A program made the translations under genes and the position numbers. From a virus, in the IMG/VR virus record IMGVR_UViG_3300009285_002455: 64,000 nucleotides of DNA; one strand, given 5' to 3'. Under the pieces are notes generated by a model. That model saw only the letters and a list, made by a program, of their open reading frames with translations. It did not search any database and was not told where the DNA came from. Below, piece by piece: positions 58,870-64,000 of the stretch; within the stretch, counting starts at the first letter, position 1; each line of letters starts with the position of its first letter.

Positions 58870-60029
58870 TGGTAAATAATGAGGGCATTAAAATAAGTGC
58901 TACACGCATAAGTACTTTTTTGCAATGTAAGCAGAAATACTGGTTTAACTATTATGATAAATTACCTAAAATAGATAATCCGGTATTTAAATTAGGTACA
59001 GCTGTTCACATTGCCTTGGAGTTGGCTGGAAATATCTGGCGGGAAAAAGAGAAGTTCACTAAAAAAGATAAAGAAACTATTATTAATAAGTTTAAAGAAG
59101 TCTCTGTAAAAGAAGGAATTGATGATTTTTCCGTACACCAAACAGGTATAGAATTAGTAACTAATAGAATAAATGATTTTATACATGAAGGGCACAAAAT
59201 AATAAGCTTAGAAACTCCCTTTGGTTATAAAGGTGGTGTAGATGTAATCACCAAAGAAGGTGTGCCGTTGTTGGGCGCTATTGATAAAGTATTACAGGTA
59301 GATGAAGACACCATTCTAATTGTGGACTATAAAACATCTAAAACTGCACCTACACCGGATCAACTAAAAACAGACAAACAGTTGTCTATGTATGATTTGG
59401 TAGCCAGTATATTGTGGCCTGGAAAGCGTATTATAGTTAGCCTTGACTTGTTAAAACATGAGATGTTATATTCTTATCGTACACCAGAAGAACGGGCTGC
59501 TTTTTCTGAATATCTTAGATTAGTGTACGATTCCATGCTTTCCTTGAAAGAGCAGGATGTAAAAGCCACAATAAACACATTTTGTCCTTGGTGTGATTTT
59601 AGAGAATATTGTAATGCGTATAAAGAGGCATATACAAATTCGAACGGCAAATTTCAAGAAGCGTATCGTTTAGATAACAGTGCTTTGGTCGATGAGTGGC
59701 AACAAGTTAAAAAGATGAAAAAAATATATGAAATGCGCGAGAAAGAACTATCTTTACTTCTTATGGATCGTATAAAAACTACTGGTATAAATGTACAAGT
59801 AGACGACAAAGAAGTTTATGTTAGACAAAATAGTAGAGCAACTTACGATATTAGCGCGGTTAAACAAATAGTACCACAAGAGTATCTATTGAATATGGTA
59901 TCTTTAAATAAATCAGATATTGAAAAATATATGGATAAGAACCCCGCAGCCAAGGCTAAAATAGTAGATAGCATGACTGTGAATTTTACAACACCTTTTT
60001 TAGATGTACGTAAAATAAAAAATAAATGA
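58869..60029 (+). CDS. PD-(D/E)XK exonuclease, RecB/AddB/Cas4-like
   Basis: ISATRISTFLQC, GTAVH, GAIDKV, IVDYKT, QLSMY. The 1+3 Cys staple (QC...CPWCDFREYC) is typical of Fe-S-containing AddB/Cas4 nucleases. Confidence 0.85.
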   Translation: MVNNEGIKISATRISTFLQCKQKYWFNYYDKLPKIDNPVFKLGTAVHIALELAGNIWREKEKFTKKDKETIINKFKEVSVKEGIDDFSVHQTGIELVTNRINDFIHEGHKIISLETPFGYKGGVDVITKEGVPLLGAIDKVLQVDEDTILIVDYKTSKTAPTPDQLKTDKQLSMYDLVASILWPGKRIIVSLDLLKHEMLYSYRTPEERAAFSEYLRLVYDSMLSLKEQDVKATINTFCPWCDFREYCNAYKEAYTNSNGKFQEAYRLDNSALVDEWQQVKKMKKIYEMREKELSLLLMDRIKTTGINVQVDDKEVYVRQNSRATYDISAVKQIVPQEYLLNMVSLNKSDIEKYMDKNPAAKAKIVDSMTVNFTTPFLDVRKIKNK

Positions 60030-60377
60030 AAAGACATACAATTGACTTTATAAAAGCACAGTTTGAAAAGTATGGTTACACACTTATTGATGACATTTAT
60101 ATAAACGCAAGCACTAAATTGTGGTGCCTGGAAAGATAAGATTTATAAAGAATCGATAAAATATAGAGATAATAACGTTTGTAGAAATCCTTACTGTTTT
60201 GGTATAACTAAGGAGTTAACTATCCATCATATAAATTATGACAAGGAGGATTGCAGACCTATTAATTTAATAACTCTATGTAGAAGTTGTAATTCTCGTG
60301 CTAATACTGATAGAATTTGGCACGAGAACTGGTATTCAATTTTAATGCGTAATCGTGGAAGATTACTAAACAATTAA
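60026..60377 (+). pseudogene. degenerate free-standing HNH endonuclease (internal deletion plus frameshift)
   Basis: Frame 1 (60026-60139): MKRHTIDFIKAQFEKYGYTLIDDIYINASTKL..., matching the N-terminal repeat of the 20399 HNH. Frame +1 (60120-60377, no start codon): CGAWKDKIYKESIKYRDNNVCRNPYC...LTIHHINYDK...NLITLCRSCNSRAN. Confidence 0.85.
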
Positions 60378-60386
60378 GGAGTTTCT

Positions 60387-61937
60387 ATGGGAAAAAAGAT
60401 TAAAATTTTATGTTATATGGACACCCCCTCCTGTAAATAATGTGCAGCTTTACATAGCAATATGTACCGAATAACTACGAGAATTCAGGGGAACTCCTAA
60501 CGTCAAGTCGAGGACAATCCTGAGCCAAGCCTCTTTATAGAGGAAGGTGCAACGACTATTCCATATAAGGAAGTACACCCAAGCGGGTGGAAGCACGTAG
60601 CATCCCAAGTGGATGATGATATAGTCTCAACTTGCATGGAAACATGCAGCAGCCCAAGAAGCGGTATAAGAAGTAGCGTTCTTATATGAAGATATTTGGC
60701 AACAGGTTTTGCAACAGTCAGCCGTAATGTTTTAGAAGCGTTGTATAAAACGGGTAGATATGACATCGAAGTGTTGGGTATAAATTACTGGGGAGATCCA
60801 CATGATTTTCCATATAAGATTTGGCCGGTAGGTAATAATGCGGAAAGAGATCCCTACGGTCGTAAAAAGATAGTTAATATGATTCCTAAAATGGATTTTG
60901 ATATTCTATTTTTTATGCAGGACAGTTTTATTTTGGATTTTTTACCTGAGTTGATTCCACATCTTAAAAAGAATAGGGAGACGCCGTTTAAATCCGTGGT
61001 GTATTTTCCCATTGATGGTACACCTAAGCCAGAGTGGATAAAAAATGTTAGTTTCTGTGATGAAGTAATTACTTTCGCTAACTTTGGTAGAAAGCTATGT
61101 CAGGAAACATACCCAATTGTGGGTGATATGTCTGTAATTCCTCATGGGGTTAATATCAATGAATACAAACCATTACCTAAGGATGAAGTAGCTGATTTTA
61201 GAAAACGTTACTTTGGTCGTCATGCTGATAAATTTATTTACATGAACCTAAATAGAAATCAGCAACGTAAGGATATTCCTAGGACTATCCAAGCATTCCA
61301 TGAGTTACGTAAAAAAGAACCAAATACTTTATTATATCTGCATATGGCTAAACAAGATCAGGGATGGAATCTGCCAGAAGTATGTAGAGCGTATGATTTT
61401 AGTTTAACCGATGACGTCATATTTCCTCAAAATTTTGGGCCTAATCAAGGCTATCCGAGAGAAATAGTTAATATGCTGTATAACTGTGTTGATTGCGTTG
61501 TTAGCGCAAGTCTTGGTGAAGGGTGGGGGCTTTCATGGATAGAAGCAATGGCCGCTAAAACACCCGTTATTATGCCCAGAAACACAGCAATGATAGAAAA
61601 TATTACTGAGGATGTGGGCTACCTTGTAAAAAGCGGTACTAACCCCAGTCTATGGACAGTACTTCCTTATGACAACGAAGTAAGACGCCCATTAGTTGAT
61701 GTAGAAGATCTAATCGACAAGATGCTACATGTGTATAATAATTATGAAGAGGCCATGACTAAGGCCGAGCAGGCGTATAAATTTGTTACAGGTACCCTAG
61801 ATTGGCAAACAGCAGTTGGTAATACTTGGGTTAAAACTTTTGACGCTGTATCTAAATCAATGCTTGAACAAAAAAGTAAAGTGGCAGAAATGTTAGCAAC
61901 ACAGACCACCAACGTCATAAACTCAGAAACTTTTTAA
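60387..61937 (+). CDS. GT4-family (GT-B) glycosyltransferase, spliced: exon 1 60387-60434, exon 2 60699-61937 (428 aa)
   Basis: AAGGAG RBS and ATG at 60387 give MGKKIKILCYMDTPSC, which joins in frame to ATGFATVSRNVLEAL. Later motifs VIPHGVN, NRNQQRKDIP and EGWGLSWIEAMA (EX7E). The track's TTG start at 60696 is the last codon of the intron. Confidence 0.88.
60435..60698 (+). ncRNA. group I self-splicing intron (IA2-like, ORF-less, 264 nt)
   Basis: 5' exon ends in U and intron ends in G. P1 CUGU/GCAG with U.G pair; P2 TACATA-GCAA-TATGTA; P3 CTACG/CGTAG; P element GAATTCAGGGGAA; Q AATCCTGAGC; R GGTGCAACGACTA; S ATGATATAGTCT; P7.1, P7.2 and P8 hairpins; P9 TGCATG-GAAA-CATGCA; P9.2 TATAAGAA/TTCTTATA. 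Confidence 0.93.
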
Positions 61938-61941
61938 TAAC

Positions 61942-61965
61942 AAAGAGGGGCTTAGTCCCCTTTTT
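61942..61965 (+). terminator. probable Rho-independent terminator
   Basis: AAAGAGGGG-CTTAGT-CCCCTTTTT immediately after the glycosyltransferase stop. Confidence 0.65.
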
Positions 61966-61990
61966 GCTGCTTAGCTATAAGGATAGTAAA

Positions 61991-62152
61991 ATGGAAGAAA
62001 TGCTTATACTTAAACCGGAGCAAGTACAAATTGATGAAAAAGAAATAGAAGAAGCATATAGCAACACAACCGTAGAGTACGCGTGTGATCTTTGTAAAAG
62101 ACTATATTCTAAAAGTTTAAAATTTTGCCCATTCTGTGGTTTTGGTGGATAG
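61991..62152 (+). CDS. small Zn-ribbon protein
   Basis: AAGGA RBS then ATG 61991. CDLC...CPFC motif, 53 aa. Confidence 0.55.
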   Translation: MEEMLILKPEQVQIDEKEIEEAYSNTTVEYACDLCKRLYSKSLKFCPFCGFGG

Positions 62153-62162
62153 AGGTGACACT

Positions 62163-62957
62163 ATGTTAAGAGTTAAACTACTAGATGTTTCAGCTAATGC
62201 TGAGAAATTACTATTTGCTGCCGGTAGACAGTGTTACTCCGAAGGATGGGTAGGAGACTCCTGGCAAGAAGACGAGGACGGCTTTGTGTCTATTACAGAT
62301 AACAAAGATGGTCATTTGTGTACGGACAAAGAAATAGAGGGGTTGATAAACCACTTATTTAAATCAGGTCACACAAGTGTTCTCGAACATGTAAAATTTA
62401 CATTTGCTATTGACGGTATATCCCGCGCGGATAGCCATCAACATGTACGTCACCGCATGGCTAGCTATTCCCAGCAGTCCCAACGGTATGTGGCTAATGG
62501 TGGAGAGTTTGATATCAATAATTTTGTCATTCCACCCTCTATAAATAAGCATGCTGTTGCTAAGCAAATTTATATCGATGCCTTGGAGTATATACAGCAA
62601 GCATATAATGAACTCAAAGAATTGAGCATCAAGAGTGAGGATGCGCGTTACCTTATGCCTAATGCTGCTATCACAAGATTAGTGACAACTAAAAATTGTG
62701 TGAGCTTAATACATTTTTTCGGTTTACGCTGCTGTACATTAGCGCAATGGGAAATTCGTAATGTAGCCAATGAGATGCTGGCTTTATGTAAGGAAGCACT
62801 ACCAGTAGTTTTTAAAAATGTTGGTCCTAAATGTCAACAAGCCGGCTACTGTTCAGAAAATAAAGCACGTAGTTGTGGTAAATACCCCACCAAAGAGGAG
62901 GTCCTCGCTGGTTACACTATGTGGAAAACTTCTTTGGAGAAACAAGATGAAGAATAG
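62163..62957 (+). CDS. thyX: flavin-dependent thymidylate synthase
   Basis: GHTSVLEH; signature RHRMASYSQQSQRY; EDARYLMPNA; LRCCTLAQWEIR. GAGGTG RBS supports ATG 62163. Confidence 0.95.
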   Translation: MLRVKLLDVSANAEKLLFAAGRQCYSEGWVGDSWQEDEDGFVSITDNKDGHLCTDKEIEGLINHLFKSGHTSVLEHVKFTFAIDGISRADSHQHVRHRMASYSQQSQRYVANGGEFDINNFVIPPSINKHAVAKQIYIDALEYIQQAYNELKELSIKSEDARYLMPNAAITRLVTTKNCVSLIHFFGLRCCTLAQWEIRNVANEMLALCKEALPVVFKNVGPKCQQAGYCSENKARSCGKYPTKEEVLAGYTMWKTSLEKQDEE

Positions 62958-63123
62958 TAAAAAAAAGCAAAATAGACTTTATTGGTATCTATTTCATCAT
63001 GCAGTTTGTCCTGTTTGTGGTGATGAAGATCATTGGAAAGAACGCATCTACGATCGTCCTAAACCTAAATCTGTTGTTAAAAGGCACAACTACTCTTATA
63101 TGAGCTGTTACTGTATGTATTAA
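62947..63123 (+). CDS. small hypothetical protein (CxxC)
   Basis: ATG overlapping the thyX end; MKNSKKKQNRLYWYLFHHAVCPVCG...; 58 aa. Confidence 0.45.
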   Translation: MKNSKKKQNRLYWYLFHHAVCPVCGDEDHWKERIYDRPKPKSVVKRHNYSYMSCYCMY

Positions 63124-63137
63124 GTCAACGAGATACA

Positions 63138-63389
63138 ATGATGTTTGAAACATACTATCGTGGAACTAATAATCCACACGAGCCAAACATAATAGCCTCA
63201 GGTAATATAAAGCCATCTATAAATCATTTAACAGGTAAAGTGGAGATTGGGTTATCTGTTTCAAAAGAGATATTGACTTTGTGCAATTATTTTGCTATAA
63301 TATACAAAGTTACTGGTGAAGAATTACAAACCAGCGGTTCCGATGGTGAAATTTTGTTAGATATAACCACCGTCCGCTTAGCACTATAA
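63138..63389 (+). CDS. hypothetical protein
   Basis: 83-aa ORF with YRG...GLSVS...GSDGE pattern. Confidence 0.55.
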   Translation: MMFETYYRGTNNPHEPNIIASGNIKPSINHLTGKVEIGLSVSKEILTLCNYFAIIYKVTGEELQTSGSDGEILLDITTVRLAL

Positions 63390-63422
63390 TATATTATAGC
63401 AGTATTTAAATGGGGGATTATT

Positions 63423-63698
63423 ATGTTTGATAAAATTATTAAATTATTTAATAAGCTTTTTACTAACACTAAGACATATTTTGTACGCCCATATGTTGTT
63501 ATCTACTTAACATCAATAGGCGCATGGACAATTTTAGAAAGTGAGTATAGGTGTTTTGCTTGTTGTAAATATCACGCGTATTTACAATTCATAAAGGACA
63601 CCAAAGATGAATATAACCATTATTCTGCCCGAGAAAATAGAACACCCCTTACTTATCATCTTTGGAAAGAGGATATAAAAGAAGACACATGGAAGTAA
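63423..63698 (+). CDS. hypothetical protein
   Basis: GGGGA RBS, 91 aa. Confidence 0.5.
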   Translation: MFDKIIKLFNKLFTNTKTYFVRPYVVIYLTSIGAWTILESEYRCFACCKYHAYLQFIKDTKDEYNHYSARENRTPLTYHLWKEDIKEDTWK

Positions 63699-63752
63699 AA
63701 TAATCAGAGTTGTATGTAAAACATTAACAATTAGATTTACAGGAGCATTATT

Positions 63753-64000
63753 ATGAGAGAAGCTAAGTTTACTAACGGTGATTTATTAAAAGACAAAGTA
63801 ACAGGTTTAGATGGTGTTGCAATGGTTGTAGCCTTCTATTCTACTGGTTGTATTCATTATGGACTGCAGCCACAGAGAATAAACACGGATGGAAGTATCC
63901 CTGACTGGACATGGCTGGATGAGAGTCGTTTGGTTAAATCAGAGACTGCAAGAGTATCCTTTGATGTTAGTCCCGATAGCGCTAGTGGTCCTATGCCCTC
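63753..64000 (+). CDS. phage-type hypothetical protein (3'-truncated, absent from ORF track)
   Basis: AGGAG RBS then MREAKFTNGDLLKDKVTGLDGVAMVVAFYSTGCIHYGLQPQ...WLDESRL, open to the window end. Confidence 0.65.
   Translation, partial: MREAKFTNGDLLKDKVTGLDGVAMVVAFYSTGCIHYGLQPQRINTDGSIPDWTWLDESRLVKSETARVSFDVSPDSASGPMP

Noticed and set aside
60503-60766. minus-strand 87-aa ORF over the intron (possible intron-encoded protein)
   Set aside because: It is antisense to the ribozyme core and exon 2 and has no endonuclease motif, so it is a shadow ORF.
60696-61937. 413-aa glycosyltransferase starting at TTG 60696 (ORF track)
   Set aside because: There is no RBS, and the TTG is the last three intron bases. 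The real start is ATG 60387 with splicing.
557-63469. numerous short minus-strand and alternate-frame ORFs
   Set aside because: They overlap long, RBS-led + strand genes and lack recognisable motifs.
1-64000. stop-codon recoding (as in some jumbo phages)
   Set aside because: Code 11 gives uninterrupted ORFs up to 14 kb. TAA, TGA and TAG all end genes at sensible junctions, and reading through the TAG at 22796 adds only a few codons before TAA.

Overview
This is an AT-rich, gene-dense window with every credible gene on the + strand, read in the standard code (11). It looks like part of a large (jumbo-type) tailed bacteriophage genome. 1-50027 is a virion tail module: a giant tape-measure protein (>4750 aa, ORF open at the window edge), hub/tail-tip genes, a free-standing HNH endonuclease, and very large Ig-like/lectin-like/propeller fibre or baseplate proteins. 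Two tandem sigma70-type promoters at ~50060-50150 open a DNA replication/recombination module: DnaN clamp, RecA, DnaB, DnaG, SSB, DnaJ, RuvC, a Cas4/AddB-like exonuclease, a GT4 glycosyltransferase and ThyX. Main highlights: (1) an ORF-less 264-nt group I intron (IA2-like) that the ORF track misses, splitting the glycosyltransferase after codon 16, with a deleted and frameshifted HNH gene immediately upstream (collaborative-homing layout); (2) an apparently catalytically intact PD-(D/E)XK nuclease domain inside the tape-measure protein; (3) a GC-rich perfect 3x96-bp repeat in the tape measure; (4) three paralogous tail genes with 0, 1 or 3 (nested) lectin-like plug-ins at one site; (5) Ig-like domains that appear split between separate genes. 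All product calls come from motif recognition by eye; no database search was run.
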